Part shown: in pieces, positions 37,528 to 52,319 of the stretch
Numbering within the stretch: the stretch's first letter is position 1
Layout: each line of letters starts with the position of its first letter
Assembly (NCBI GenBank): GCA_951406725.2
Contig: OX597820.1
Coordinates: 103,354,001-103,418,000 of the forward strand
Length of the DNA stretch: 64,000 nucleotides
Direction of reading: 5' to 3'
Origin: Octopus vulgaris
Taxonomy: Eukaryota
Translations under genes and position numbers: made by a program
Notes under the pieces: model-generated
Told to the model about the DNA's origin: nothing
The model's database searches: none
What the model saw: the letters and a program-made list of their open reading frames with translations, nothing else

Positions 37528-38975
37528 TCATGTTGTATATATTTTTATTGTATTGTTGTATATATTTTTCCAAATGACTCTACTGGGATCAATCTTCTCG
37601 TTTTCCTCGTTATCAGCTTCGTTGCTGAATTGATAAAATCGTACAGCATTGAATAGATAAGATCATTGTTGATACCTACGTAGTTTGGTTCTGCGGTTAG
37701 AATTTGCTTTGCAAGATCCAGCTATATCTATTTATTTATTTATTTAGTCTTCTTTAGAATTCTTTGTGAGGCAGGCGTGAGGTAGGCATGAGGCAGGCGT
37801 GAACACCCTTCTTTTTTCTTTATTGTTTCTGATACGGCGCAATGTTAACTGTGGTTGATTTATTATATTCTTTTATTCTTTTATGCGCATCAGTCTTTGA
37901 ACTGCGACCATGCTGGGGCACACTCTAAAGAGTCGAACAAATCTTGCGTTTTAAAGTTGGACACTTTTGTCGAACCGATAATTTACGAGGACATAAACAA
38001 AACAACACCGGTTGTAAAGCGGTGGGAGCACAAACATAATGACATTCACTCACAACGCTTTGGTCAACCTAAATGTACAGTAGACGATTTGCGTAGTGGG
38101 ACTGAACCCAGAACTACGTTTTCGTGAAACGAATTTTTTAGCCACACAGCAATACCTTCGCTTATGTATTTGTATTATTATTCTGTTTCTTGTGAGAATT
38201 TACTATTGAGGATAAATCTTCGCTGTTGATGTTTATTTCGTTGAATGTTCATGAGGATTTTAATGAGCTTCAATAATTTTGGATTTTAGTACTGCCAGCT
38301 GGATCACGTGATCAGTCGAAAACTGATCCTAATAGAGAATTAGAAAAGGATATGAGTGATGATGGTCTGGCAGAGATTCTGGCTGTCGATGAGGACGGTC
38401 TCAATAGTCTAGAATATTCTCAGGTCATGCATCTTGAACGCTTTTAAAAATATTTGGCAATTCTGCATGGAGGGCTTCAGCTGTTCGAGGTAAACTCTAC
38501 AGGTGAAGCCGTTTGCAGATGCCAGGAACCGAACTAGTTCGTGATGTGCGCAATGGGACGAAACCGTCCGCCCATCGCTACTTTGTGGGTTCACTTGAAA
38601 AACAGTTGTGAGTACGCGTAGGTATGGCGATGCGGCTGTTACTCGAACCTGATATCTCTCTTGGACAAGGACGAATGGGTAGTCTTGCTCTGTCCGATGG
38701 CTATGGAGAAAGAATGTGAAAAGTTTGAGGCTGAAAGATCTAAGAATAAAAATATAATTCTCAGGCCAAACCCTTTTCTTCTTGTTACAGCTACACTTGA
38801 CAGATAAGGGTAAAACATGAATTGTTATCCTTAAATGTTTTCGAAAGGTTGATAAAGATGATGAAATTGGTGTGGCCAGATGGATCTACATTATGCGAAT
38901 GGCGTCAATCTGCAACAGCTGAAAGACTGTTCTTTATTCTTTATTCTTTTATCCTTTTATTTGTTTCTGTCATTT

Positions 38976-39385
38976 GACTCTTTACTCTTTACTCTTTTAC
39001 TTGTTTCAGTCATTTGAGTGCGGCCATGCTGGAGCACGGCCTTTTAGTCGAGCAAATCGACCCCGGGACTTATTCTTTGTAAGGCCAGTACTTATTCTAT
39101 CGGTCTCTTTTGCCGAACCGCTAAGTGACGGTGACGTAAACACACCAGCATCGGTTGTCAAGCAATGCTAGGGGGACAAACACAGACACACAAACACACA
39201 CATACATATATATATACATATATACGACAGGCTTCTTTCAGTTTCCGTCTACCAAATCCACTCACAAGGCATTGGTCGGCCCGGGGCTATAGCAGAAGAC
39301 ACTCGCCCAAGATGCCACGCAGTGGGACTGAACCCGGAACCATGTGGTTGGTTAGCAAGCTACTTACCACACAGCCACTCCTGCG
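38976..39385 (-). mobile_element. SINE family A, young copy nested in an older family A copy (38935-38975 and 39386-39525)
   Basis: Reverse complement of the 15037 consensus; older tail sequence resumes after the head. Confidence 0.85.
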
Positions 39386-39692
39386 CTGTGGCCATGCTGA
39401 AGAAATCGACCACAATACTTTTTTTTTAAAACCTAGTACTTATTCTATCGGACCCTTTTGCCCGACCGCTAAGTTACGGGGACGTAAACACATCAACACA
39501 GGTCGTCAACACACACACACACATATATATTGAAGAAAAACGCAATAGGGGACAATAAAACATTCGGACAGATACACGATAAAAAGACGGAGAAGAGAAA
39601 CAACAATTAGAAGGACAGGCAAAAACATACGGGTCGTTCGTGGTCTTCTTTTCTCAGTCAAGTTACCAGAAGTCACGACGGACTACTTTCAG

Positions 39693-40289
39693 TTTCTTAT
39701 TTCTTTATTGCCCACAAATGGCTAAACAGAGGGGACAAAAAAGGACAGACAAAGGGATTAAGTCGATTACATCGACCCCAGTGCGTAAGTGGTACTTAAT
39801 TTATCGACCCCCGAAAGGATGAAAGGCAAAGTCGACCTCGGCGGAATTTGAACTCAGAGCGTAATGGCAGATGAAATACCTATTTCTTTACTACCCACAA
39901 GGGGCTAAACACAGAGGGGACAAACAAGGACAGACAAACGGATTAAGTCGGTTTTATCGACCCCAGTGCGTAACTGGTACTTAATTTATCGACCCCGAAA
40001 GGATGAAAGGCAAAGTCGACCTCGGCGGAATTTGAACTCAGAACGTAGCGGCAGACGAAATACCCATTTCTTTACTACCCACAAGGGGCTAAACACAGAG
40101 GGGGCAAACACGGACAGACAAACGGATTAAGTCGATTACATCGACCCCAGTACGTAACTGGTACTTATTTAATCGACTCCGAAAGGATGAAAAGCAAAGT
40201 CGACCTCGGCGGAATTTGAACTCAGACGTAGCAGCAGACGAAATACCGCTAAGCATTTCGTCGTACTAACGTTTCTGCCAGCTCGCCGC
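39693..40289 (-). mobile_element. Tandem trimer of SINE family B sharing one head
   Basis: Unit (tttc)tttactacccacaaggggctaaacacagag...cagacgaaatacc repeats at ~39698, ~39882 and ~40067; the head is only at 40250-40289. Confidence 0.9.
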
Positions 40290-40581
40290 TTTTCCAGTTT
40301 CTGTCGACCAAATCCACTCACAAGGCTTTGGTCGGTAGAAAACATTTGCCCCAGGTGCTACGTAGAGGAACTGAACCCGGAACCATGTGGTGTGGAAACA
40401 AACTTTTTACCACACAGCCATGCCTGCGGCTTTAGGTATGCCAGAATAATACGTGGTTGTATGTGAGATTCCACGGATCACTCTTGTGGTTACGAGCTCC
40501 TCTATGAAGGATACCCCTTCCCCTTCTTGTTCCTTCTTTTGCTGTTCTATACTGGGTTTTGTCTTTATTATCATTATCATA

Positions 40582-41002
40582 GGCGCAGGAGTGGCTGTGT
40601 GGTAAGTAGCTTGCTTACCAACCACATGGTTCCGGGTTCAGTCCCACGGCGTGGCATCTTGGGCAAGTGTCTTCTGCTATAGCCCCGGGCCGACCAATGC
40701 CTTGTGAGTGGATTTGGTAGACGGAAACTGAAAGAAGCTTGTCGTATATATGTATATATATATGTATGTGTGTGTATATGTTTATGTGTCTGTGTTTGTC
40801 CCCCTAGCATTGCTTGACAACCGATGCTGGTGTGTTTACGTCCCCGTTACTTAGCGGTTCGGCAAAAGAGACCGATAGAATAAGTACTGGACTTACAAAG
40901 AATAAGTCCCGGGGTTGATTTGCTCGACTAAAGGCGGTACTCCAGCATGACCGCAGTCAAATGACTGAAACAAGTAAAAGAGTAAAAGAGAGTAAAAAGA
41001 GT
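40582..41002 (+). mobile_element. SINE family A, young full-length copy
   Basis: Near-identical to 15037. Confidence 0.92.
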
Positions 41003-41164
41003 AGTTATTAAAGGTTTCATTGCTTTGTTGAATAATCCTTTATACTTGACGTAAACTCCCCCCACCACCACTGTCTTTTGTATGTTGCTTATATTTGTAT
41101 TCGCCTTTGTAGCATTGCCAATGTCTTGGTCCCTTGTGATCGATAAAAAGTAATTGGATGAATT

Positions 41165-41978
41165 GTTAAGGCAGAATCATTAGAGCATCGGACTGAAATC
41201 TGGGCAGTATTTCTTCCGACTTATTTCGTTCATAGTTCAAATCCTACCAAAGACAACTTTGCCTTTCTCCGTCGATAAAATAATGTACCAGATAAGTATT
41301 GAAGTCGATGGCATTGAGTATTACCTTTCCCCCAAATATGCTAGCATTGTGCCTACATGAGATACAATCACATAACGGAGGATTGGCAGAATAGTTAGAG
41401 AGTCGGACAAAATACCGAGTACGGCTCTTTATGTTCTGAGTTCAAATCCCACCGAGGTCAACTTTGTTTTTTTAATTTTTTCGGGGTAAAATAAGTACCT
41501 GTTGAACACAGAAGTCGATGTAATTGATAATTCAATAATTACTGGCCTTTTGCCAAAATTTGGAACCATTATTCTTTTCTACTCTAGGAACAACGCTCGA
41601 AATTAGATCGATCCCAGTACGCAGCTGGTACTTAATTTATCGACCCCGAAAGGTTGAAAGGCAAAGTCCATCTCGGCGGAATTTGAACTCAGAACGTAAA
41701 GAAAGACGAAATAACGCTAAGCATTTCGCCCGGCGTGCTAACGTTTCTTATTTCTTTATTTCCCACAAGGGGCTAAACAGAGGGGACAAACAAGGACAGA
41801 CAAAGGGATTAAGTTGATTACACCGACACCAGTGCGTAACTGGTACTTAATTTATCGACCCCGAAAGTATGAAAGGCAAAGTCGACCTCGGCGGAATTTG
41901 AACCTAGAACGTTCAAACGGGCGAAAAACCCTCAAGCATTTTGCCCGGCGTGCTAACGTTTCTGCCAGCTCGCCGCCT
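41165..41978. mobile_element. Cluster of SINE family B copies (two old on +, two younger on -)
   Basis: Family B motifs at 41170, 41380 (+) and 41605-41747, 41750-41978 (-). Confidence 0.75.
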
Positions 41979-42724
41979 TGCTTGAAGCCATTCTTATTAG
42001 TTGTATTAGATGCTATTAGTTGTAGTAGTAGTAGTGTTTCTTTAGTGTCCCGGGGTCGTTGAATGAGATATGATACGATGACGAATTGAAAAAATATAAA
42101 TGAAATGAAATGTAAACTTATGTTCATTGAAAGTGTAGCAACAGCCATCTAGGATCCTAACCTAGGAAACCAACTCTACAGATCCCGAATTTCCTAAGGA
42201 CCAAAAAATCAATGTCTTTTTTCACTTAGAACACTGCACCACAGCATATAATATATCATGCCATATCTCTCTCTCTCTCTCTCTCATAAACTCTGCATCA
42301 CATCACAGTATAAGTATACAGCACGAAATTGCACAGCGCCCAGCGATCAGTGATCAGCTATATAAGCACCACCGACACTACGGAGCTGATATCTTTGTTA
42401 TTACACTACCGTTGTGTTATACTGCTGCAGCCACCGCCAATACTGTCGAAATTATATTAGATGCCACTATTTCAGAAATGGCACATTTTCGTCGTCACTC
42501 TGATATCGGCAAACTGGCATTCATCTGCACCTTTTGTTGTCAATATACCTTTCTCTACAAACCAGCACTATCACCACAATCACAAAATTAATCGCAACAG
42601 CTACCATCATCACAACCACCACCACCACTTCTAACACCACTGCTGTCTCTGCCGCCACCAAAGCTTCCCTCACTGCCTCCTTCTTCAGTATAAAAAAGAA
42701 CAGCAGCAACTGCAACATCAACAA

Positions 42725-42979
42725 CGTAAAGACAGGCGAAATACCTATTTCTTTACTACCCACAAGGGGCTAAACACAGAGAGGGGACAAACAAGGACAG
42801 ACATAGGTATTAAGTCGATTACATCGACCCCAGTGCGTAACTGGTACTTAATTTATCGACCCCGAAAGGATGAAAGGCAAAGTCAACCTCGGCGGAATTT
42901 GAACTCAGAACTTAGCGGCAGACGAAATACCGCTCAGCATTTCGTCCGGCGCGCTAACGTTTCTGCCAGCTCGCCGCCT
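42725..42979 (-). mobile_element. SINE family B, young
   Basis: Near-identical to the units at 39882. Confidence 0.9.
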
Positions 42980-43138
42980 AAGATTATCTTTACCATATAT
43001 TCGTCACAGTCACCGCGGTCGCCGCTACCTTTACGGCCACGCATCATCTCCACCAACGCCAATACTTCTAACTATGTTTCATTTATCACATTCTCTCACT
43101 CACCCCATTACTCTCCCTACCTTCTTTCTCTCTGTTTC

Positions 43139-43141
<3 letters not shown>

Positions 43142-43184
<43 letters not shown>

Positions 43185-43289
43185 TATATATATATATCCA
43201 TATATATATATATACACACATATATATACACGTATATATATATACACATATATATATATACATATATATATACATATATATATATATAC

Positions 43290-43338
<49 letters not shown>

Positions 43339-43499
43339 TATATATATATATATACACGTATATATATATACACATATATATATATACATATATATATACA
43401 TATATATACATATATATATATATACATATATATACATATATATATATATCCATATATATATATACACACACACACATATATATATACACATATATATAC

Positions 43500-43566
<67 letters not shown>

Positions 43567-43577
43567 CATATATATAT

Positions 43578-43615
<38 letters not shown>

Positions 43616-43638
43616 ATGTATATGTATGTGTATGTATG

Positions 43639-43670
<32 letters not shown>

Positions 43671-43680
43671 TGTATGTATA
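43142..43680. repeat. Compound (TA)n/(CA)n/(TATG)n microsatellite
   Basis: Read directly. Confidence 0.97.
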
Positions 43681-43894
43681 TGGGGTGGGTGTTTAGGGAG
43701 AGGGAGTGAGCTAAAATACTTTTTTTTTCTCTCTCTCTCTCTCCCTCATTCTATAGATAATAGAGAGAACCATCACCTCCTCACAAGCATCCTGTACGAG
43801 AAGCACATCTGTCATTTCGTCTCTTAGTCTTTCCATTTCTATACGTGCATGTTTACAAATATATCTATTTGTCTCTCCCCCCTCTCTCTCTCTG

Positions 43895-43936
<42 letters not shown>

Positions 43937-44069
43937 GAATATCTGTGTATGTATATGAATATGTATAATATCTATTTATCAATCTATTTATCAATCTCTC
44001 TCCTGCTCCCTCTCTGTGTATTCATATATACATCTGTGTGTGTTATGTTATGTGATATATGTATGCACG

Positions 44070-44105
<36 letters not shown>

Positions 44106-44651
44106 AACATAAATACGCAAACATACACACAAGCGCGCGCACACATACACATATATATATATAATACATATGCTTACATATATATGTTTATATGCATACA
44201 TCCATACGTATTATGCGAGTGTGTGAGCGTACGCGTGTATGTTATATATATATACATATATGTATGTGTGTATGGATATATATATATATATATATATATA
44301 TATCTAAGGAGAAAGAGGAGAGTTCGAGAGAGGAACAGAGAGTAGGGAAGGGGTAGAGAGAAACAGAATCTGCCTGATAGAATGAGAAAAGACAGAAAGT
44401 CAATCAGACAGACAGACAGACCGCCAAACAGACAGACAGACCGCCAGACAGACAGACAGACAGACAGAGAAAGTGGTGTAGGGTGTGTGAGGGGTGGAGT
44501 ATTTGTGCACGTGGGGTTGGTAAGGAGGTAGATTTGTAGGTGGGGTTTTGATGATCGGCTGGCTGGGTGGCAGACCTCACACAGAGTGATCAGGCGAATG
44601 TCACCACTCGAACATACCTCCCACAAACTAGTTGCTCTCGTTATCTTCTTG

Positions 44652-44743
<92 letters not shown>

Positions 44744-44918
44744 ACATCATCATCATCATCGTCGTCGTCGTCGTCGTCGTCATTATTACCATCATCACCA
44801 ACAACAACAACACCACCGCCGCCATCACCACCATCATCACCACTACCACCACCTCCACTGCCACCGCCGCCGCCGCCGCCGCTACCAGCACGAGCGTAAT
44901 CCTCATCTTCATCATCAC

Positions 44919-44950
<32 letters not shown>

Positions 44951-45146
44951 GCTGTAGATGTAGCGCAACAGCAGCAAGAACTGCATAATCGACGCCGCCG
45001 CCGCCGCCACCAGCACGATCAACACCACCATCTGCGACAACCACAGAATCACCGAACCACCACCACCATCATCGTCGTGGTCGTCGTCTCAATGATGATA
45101 ATGATGATGATGATGATGATCATCATCATCATTATCATCATCGTCG

Positions 45147-45181
<35 letters not shown>
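44652..45181. repeat. Compound trinucleotide tract (CAT/CGT/CAC/CGC)n
   Basis: Read directly. Confidence 0.95.
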
Positions 45182-45182
<1 letters not shown>

Positions 45183-45837
45183 GCGTCACTAATGTTACCT
45201 GAATTCATAACCTCCACCGACAATTACGTTTCTTTCAACAATACCAACATGAACACGAGACAATGAAGCGGCAGTAGAGGGCTAAGGATGCACGTAGTCG
45301 CTATATCTGCTAGAAATAGCAGCAAAATTTCCCTCAAAATTGAAACATATCGTCTTTCAAATGAAAGGACACGTTCTATAATCGTTTCTACTCTAGGCAC
45401 AAGGCCCGAAAAACACGTTCTATAGTATAGTCTTAGATACAGTTTCTCTAAATCAAAGCTGGTATGGTCACAACTAGGACGTAAGTATCATAGCGCAACT
45501 TGATGAAGGCCTCTGCATGGACGTTCGATCTTCCTGTTTCTCCTTATAGACACAAGGTCTGAAATTTTGAGGAAAGGGGTTAACGATTACACTGAACCCA
45601 GTGCTCGACTAGTACTTATTTTATCGACCCTGAAAGGATGAAAGGCAAAGTCTACCTCAAAAAAATTTGAATTCATAAAGTAAAGCCGGAAGAAACACCG
45701 GTAAGTATTTTGTCCGGCAAGCTGATAATTCTGCCAGCTCACCGCCTTAAATCTCGCTTAAATAATACCCTATCGTTTAAAAAAAAATTAGAGAGACATT
45801 AGATAATGTATTCTTTGATAGACTGTGTCTGATTAAA

Positions 45838-46065
45838 GAGGAGGTCTGTGACTTAGTGGTTAGGGTGTTGGACTCATAATCATAAGATCATGGTTTCGAT
45901 TCCTGGGCCAGGCGATGCGGTGTGCTCTTGATTTCACGTTGCTCCACTCCACTCAGCTGACAAAAATGAGTAATCCTGCAATGGACTGGCGTCCCGTCCC
46001 GGTGGGGAATACATACGCCATGGAAACCAGGAAATTAGTTCTTATGACTCGAGAAGGAAACTTTA
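45838..46065 (+). mobile_element. SINE family C head with a V-domain-like 3' module
   Basis: Head g.cttagtggttaggg...; CORE remnant atttcacgttgctccactccactcagctg; then cctgcaatggactggcgtcccgtcc. Confidence 0.75.
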
Positions 46066-46249
46066 TTTTATTTAATTTTTTTCGTTAATATCTGATTAAA
46101 TCGGTATTATTATGGCTGAACAGTCTAGTTAGGATTTTGTTCATATATAGCTTGGTTTAAAATTAAACAACATATTAGCATTATCAATACCTTCAGTTTC
46201 TCCACATCATATTTAGTCTATCTTGCTCTCAATATTAATGTCCCTCAAT

Positions 46250-46820
46250 ATGGCGAGTTAGCGGAATCGATACCGCGTCGGACAAAATGCTTAGCGACAT
46301 TTTTTCTGAGTTTACGTCCAGAGTTCAAATGCCACCGGGGTCGTACATTTCATCTCTTTCGGGGTTGATAAAATAAGCACCAGTTAAGTACTGGGGCTGA
46401 TGTAACCGACTTACCGATTTCCACGAAATTGCAGGCCTTGTGTCGAAATTTGAAATCAATGTTAATGCCCTTCAATTCCGCCGAGGTCCACTTTGCCTTT
46501 AGTCTTTTGTGGGTCGATAAAAAATAAGTGCCAGTCGAGCACTGAGGTCGATATAATGGACTTACCCACCCACCCCTACAAAAATTTCTAGTTTTGTGCC
46601 AAAATGCGAAACCAGTATTAATGTCTCCCAGGACAGCGAACTATGGCAGAATCATTAGCACACTGGGCAAAATACTAAGCAGCATTTCATCTGTCTCTAC
46701 GTTCCGAGTTCAAATTACCCCGAGGTCAACTTTGGCTGTCGGGGTCGAGCACTTGGGTCGATATACTCGATTTAGCCCCTCCCTGGAAATTGCTGGACTT
46801 GTGACAAAATGTGAAATTAA
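46250..46820 (+). mobile_element. Old SINE family B cluster (also 45540-45750 -, 50700-50925 -, 54385-54520 -)
   Basis: Degenerate family B motifs. Confidence 0.7.
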
Positions 46821-49764
46821 TATTGATATCCCTCTCATTATCAAAGTAGTGTCTTAGCTGAATCGTTAATGATTCTTATACAATGTCTTGCAGTATGCAG
46901 TTCTGCTCTCTGCGCGCAGTGTTCAAATCTGGCCATAGACAAATTTGCCTTTCGTTAAAGTACCAGCCGAGTACTGGTGTCGCTTCTTCTTCTTCTTCTT
47001 CTTCTTCTTCTTCTTCTTCTTCTTCTTCTTCTTCTTCTTCTTCTTCTTCTTCTTCTTCTTCTTCTTCTTCTTTCATCTCCTCTTTGAATTATACTTGCAA
47101 TTCAAAGGCCCTTTGAATCGCAGTGGAACAGAATGATCTTTGTTTCATTCTGTCATGCTGAATCAGCTTGTGAAGTGTTTGCAATAAGGGTGCATGTGTT
47201 CGTGGAATACTCAGCCGTCTGCATATTAATTTCTCGAGTAGAAACAACTGACTACTCATTGCCGAGACCAAGCAGAGAACCCACTACACCACAAGGGGAA
47301 TGTATTCGCTTCAATCTAGAACTTATTCATAAACTCAGCATTCCAATCATCGTATATGCTTCTCTTTAACACTGTTCCCAAGTTTGCAGTATATACAGCA
47401 TCTCTAACTCCCTATAGACTAGTAACTTGACAAGATATTCAATATATGGAAGAAGAGGGCGGCTAGCTGGCAGGAATCGTTGATTGGCTAATTGATCTTT
47501 TTCAGTTGCGCTTAAAAGAGAGAGAGAGAAAAGAGAATAAAGGAGAAATAGTGTGAGATATATAAAAAGTTCAGGATGAAAGTACACACCAGGCTTGGTG
47601 GCAGGCAATGATTAAAGGAACGTTTTACACAACACACACACACACACACACACACATGTCAGCACTGCGTATCATATAATTGATTTCCAATCGTCATCGG
47701 TCGTCTTATCCCTGGATGTGTACTTTGTCATATTCTGTCTTGACTTGATTTGGCCCCTCGACTCTCTACTAGAGTCGCAGGAGCGTCATTGTGACATACG
47801 GTGTGTCTCGGATTCCTTTTTGATATGGCGGAGCCTACTCCACTCTAGGCCTGACAACAGCCTATTTCTTCTTGATCAAAGAAAGTCAACGAGAAAGAAA
47901 GAGTAAAGGAAAGAGAATAAGCTATTCTAGAACAGGTCTAGTACTTTATTTATTGACCCCTTAAAGATAACTTTCTACTCCTTAAAGATAAAAAGCAAAG
48001 TCGTCCTCAATGGAATTTGAAAGCGGAACGGAGAGAGTCGGAGCGATTACCAAAATTCAATCTATCCGACACGTTAATGATTCCATCAATCAGCTGCTTA
48101 TGTGTGCGTTGTGTACTGGATTCTGATCTAGATTTCAATTAAATCGATCAAAATATGATGTAATTGTAAATGTTATATATAACTTTCAAAAAAAGTAGAA
48201 TGAACCAAGGTAGGTAACTCAACGCTATGAAATTGGATAACTAAGTTAAACTTATGAGCGTCGAAAGCGGATATATCTGCTCAAAATTTTATTATCGTTA
48301 ACTACGGAAAGTGGCTTTACTTCCTCGGTTTTGAAAAACCTCTCCTCAGGCTGCGACAAGTGGAGAAAGTCCCCAGTGACACATTTAATAAGAGGTAATT
48401 TTTCAGATTTAAAAAATTTTTTTTATACATATTTCATTAAATGTCTTTTTATAGAACAAGAATCAAATACTTTTAGTGCTGAATATGAAAACCGTACCCA
48501 CAGGAAATACTGAAAAAGTATTACAGGAGTAGAAAATATCAATTTTATTTTTTTATGGATAATTAACATCATTACGTGAATAACCATAACACTTAATTAC
48601 TCTGTCAGAGTTAAAGAAGAACTAAAAATAATTTGTTGAAATTACGGTCTCTCATGAAATTTGGAATAAATTTCTCAGAGTTAGTTTTCAGGAAGAGAGA
48701 ACTTTGAACATGTTCCTATCAATTAGATCTCATCAGCACAGTATAGACTAAACAAGCTTAATTGATCAATTGACAGTTATTTTTTTTCATATATTGATAG
48801 AAAGCGTTATAAAGCGTTGAAATTATTACACACGCGCAAACACACATTCTCTCTTTCTCCCTCTCTCTCTCATCCCTCTCTCTCTCCCTCTCTCACACAT
48901 ACACGCATACGAACACGCGCACGCACACACATACACAAACACACACACGCACACAAATGCACGCAAACACTCGCATACACTCACTTATAAATATTAGTTT
49001 TGCATTCATGTCTGTGCATATGTGTGTACATTCCATTGATATGAAACTATTAGCCTGAAAATTATAAGCCTTTTTAACAACTCACCTCGCACATAATCCA
49101 TTTCTTATCTCTGTCTCGAGTTCAAATTGTATTCGAAAATTTTGAATGAAGGAAAGAGTTTAAACTCAGGAAGTAACCTCGAGCAAAATAAAATAAAATA
49201 AAATAAAAACTCCATGATTTAGTGACGATCCTAGTGAGAGACATTACGAGACACTTCCAAAAAATAAAATTAAAAAAAACATCTTCCTCGTCAGAAAACG
49301 TTCATGGTTGACACCCATTTCATGTTTGTCAACTATTAAACATTTAACACTTCTGTGAACAGTAGCTTGAGATTCATCAAACTTTTACTAATTACCCTTC
49401 TTTCTTTACACACATGACACTTGGTTAGTAAAATTACTGGGTTCAGGTGTCAAAAGAAGCAGGCTAATCTGCTCTGCGGCAAGCAAACTATTGGCATCTT
49501 GAAATTATTTAAATCATAAGGAAAAAAAAAATCTAGTCTCAAAAAATTTATCTATTTTTTTAATTTGACTACAGATACTTTGTAAGAAAAAATATCTGCC
49601 GGAACGTATTGAGATTATGAACATACATGCATACATGCATGTATGCATACATGCATACATACATACATACATACATATCCGTTTAGTTTAATTTGGGTAA
49701 AAGCCCCATAATGAGCTCTTAAAATAAATGTATATATACACACACTGTCATCTGTCATTATATT

Positions 49765-50078
49765 TTTTAATGCGCCCTTTTTAAGCCTGGCGAGGCTCAT
49801 GTGTCCGGTTTCCCGTTTTCTGTGGCGTATGTGTTACCCCAAGTTGGACGGGACGCCAGTCCATCGCAGCGTTACTCAAGAAATAGGAAGAGAGAGTGAG
49901 AGAAAATTGGGGCGAAAGAGTACAACGGGGGTCGCCACCCCCACCCCCCTGCCGGAGCCTCGTGGAGCTTTAGGTGTTTTCGCTCAATAAACACACACAA
50001 CGCCCGGTCTGGGAACCGAAACCGCGATCCTCCAACCGCGAGTCCGCTGCCCTAACCACTGGGCCATTGCGCCTCCAC
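49765..50078 (-). mobile_element. SINE family D head with a V-domain-like 3' module, with TSD
   Basis: Same head and body as 22430-22609 but a different tail; TSD tctgtcattat at 49751 and 50081. Confidence 0.88.
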
Positions 50079-50133
50079 CGTCTGTCATTATGAGGATATA
50101 TAAACCTCTTATAGGGCTAGTTTTAATCAAGAT

Positions 50134-50460
50134 CTTTTAGACTCCGCCGGTTACGACGACGAGGGTCCCAGCTGATACGATCAACGGAACAGCTTGCTCG
50201 TGAAATTAACGTGCAAATGGCTGAGCATTCCACAGACACGTGTACCCTTAACGTAGTTCTCGGGGATAATCAGCGTGACACAGAGAGTGACAAGGCTGAC
50301 CCTTTGAAATACAAGTACAACTCATTTTTGCCAGCTGAGTGGACTGGAGCAACGTGAAATAAAGTGTCTTGCTCAAGGACACAACGCGTCGCCGGGAATC
50401 GAACTCACAACCTTACGATCATGAGCCGAATGCCCTAACCACTAAGCCACGCGCCCTCAC
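50134..50460 (-). mobile_element. SINE family C, young, with TSD
   Basis: Head gtgagggcgcgtggcttagtggttaggg, CORE-like gtgtccttgagcaagacact; TSD ttaatcaagat at 50123 and 50461. Confidence 0.9.
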
Positions 50461-50926
50461 TTAATCAAGATACATTGGTTTAATATATCATATTATGAAG
50501 ATTTTAATTCTTCAATAAATATATTATACAAATACCAAATATTAATTATTAAGCAAGAAAATGGAGAGATATAATGGATACAAATCAATTTTTAATCAAT
50601 TAACATTGCCTACAATCATTTCAATTTACAATGCTTTGCATTGCATCAGCATGACGGCGTGACTGGATTGATTTGGTTGACTAAAATAGTAATAATAATG
50701 TTTTCTATTATAAGCACGAGACCTAAAATTTGGGGAGGGGATAAATCGATTACATCACCCCACCCCCTCCCACCCGCCAATATGCAACTGGCTCTTACTT
50801 TATAAAGCCTGAAACGATGAAAGACAAAGCCAACTTCGGCGGAATTTGATCTCAGAATAGCAAGACGGACGAAATGCCGTTTAGCATTTTGCTCGGCGTG
50901 CTAACGAGTCTGCCAGCTCGCCGCTT

Positions 50927-50979
<53 letters not shown>

Positions 50980-50988
50980 ATAATAATG

Positions 50989-51028
<40 letters not shown>

Positions 51029-52288
51029 TAATAATATGCCCTGATGTAGTATGTGTTTATGCCCTGCATAAATATTCGGTAATAGATGTCTACCATAAGA
51101 CGATTAACCATAAGAGCCGAAACCTGAATGATCAAAAATCAATACTTGGATTTATTGGTACAGAAGAACAGAGCTCTCATCAATAGGATGAGATGGGAAA
51201 GGCGGCGCGTGGGGGCATTTTACTTTATATATATATATATATATATAACAAGAGAGAGGGGAAAGGCGAGAGAAAGAGAGAGTGACAGAGAAATAGAGAG
51301 AAAATTTGCAGACACATGCATTTTATTACAATGAAACCTGAGATCTATGATCTATGCTGAGAAGGTATCACATAATACTTTGAACTTTTACGTCACAACC
51401 TGAAAAAAACTTCGTCTTCGTTTTTTTATATCGAAAGTATCTTGCACTGCAAACTAATGCAAAACCCATCGTTGATACGGCATTCATTAACTACTCGTGC
51501 TAATATAATGCATTCCTTTGTTTTCTATATTCAGATAGATGCATTGGGCTGTTAAGAGTTATATTTCTTTCTCACGATCATCGCGCAGATCCGGTGACGA
51601 TATACGAAACGTGGACCTTTCGGTTGATGACCCAACACCGAATCTACTCGACCAGCTGTGATTCGCAATCTCAATACATTATAATATATTAACATAAATA
51701 CACATATTTATACCTTCATGAGTGTCCCTATCTATTTTCTGTGTATGTGCGTATGAATTATGGTTGTATTAAACAGATTCACCTTTTGAGTTTCCCTTTC
51801 GATTTATTTTTTCTTTTACTATAGGAAGATTGAAACGAAAATGATTGAAAAAAACTACTATGGTAAATATCATATTAACAAAACCTTAAATTGTAAAGAT
51901 AGTTTACAGTACATAATTTTTCAGGTGACACCTGTTTTTGTTAAAATACCTTCGAGATAAGAAGTATTAAATTATACTTAGGTTGTGGCGATTACCAATG
52001 CTAATGACGAAAGTGAAGGACAATAAGCATATATTTGTTGAAGGAACGAAAGCAATATAAGGGAGTAACTCGGCAATGTCTTCCTGGTATGTGATATAGT
52101 CGGAAACAGGAAAAGGGAGTGATCGAAATGATAGTCATGAGAACAATATCTAAGGAACAGTTGTTAAACCACCTCCCCACTCTCCCTCATTCCCCTCTCC
52201 TCTTCTCTTCCACTTCGCTTATGTATACGTGTTGCGCGCGTATGTGTAGAAATACATACATGCATACATACATACATACATACATACA

Positions 52289-52319
<31 letters not shown>

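Noticed and set aside
37550-38930. Possible decayed LINE RT on the minus strand (FINLSKTF-like motif at ~38845)
   Set aside because: Too degenerate to call without a profile search.
44567-45044. Poly-His/Ser/Pro ORFs suggesting a transcription-factor exon
   Set aside because: Compound trinucleotide microsatellite, open in several frames on both strands, with no domain or splice evidence.
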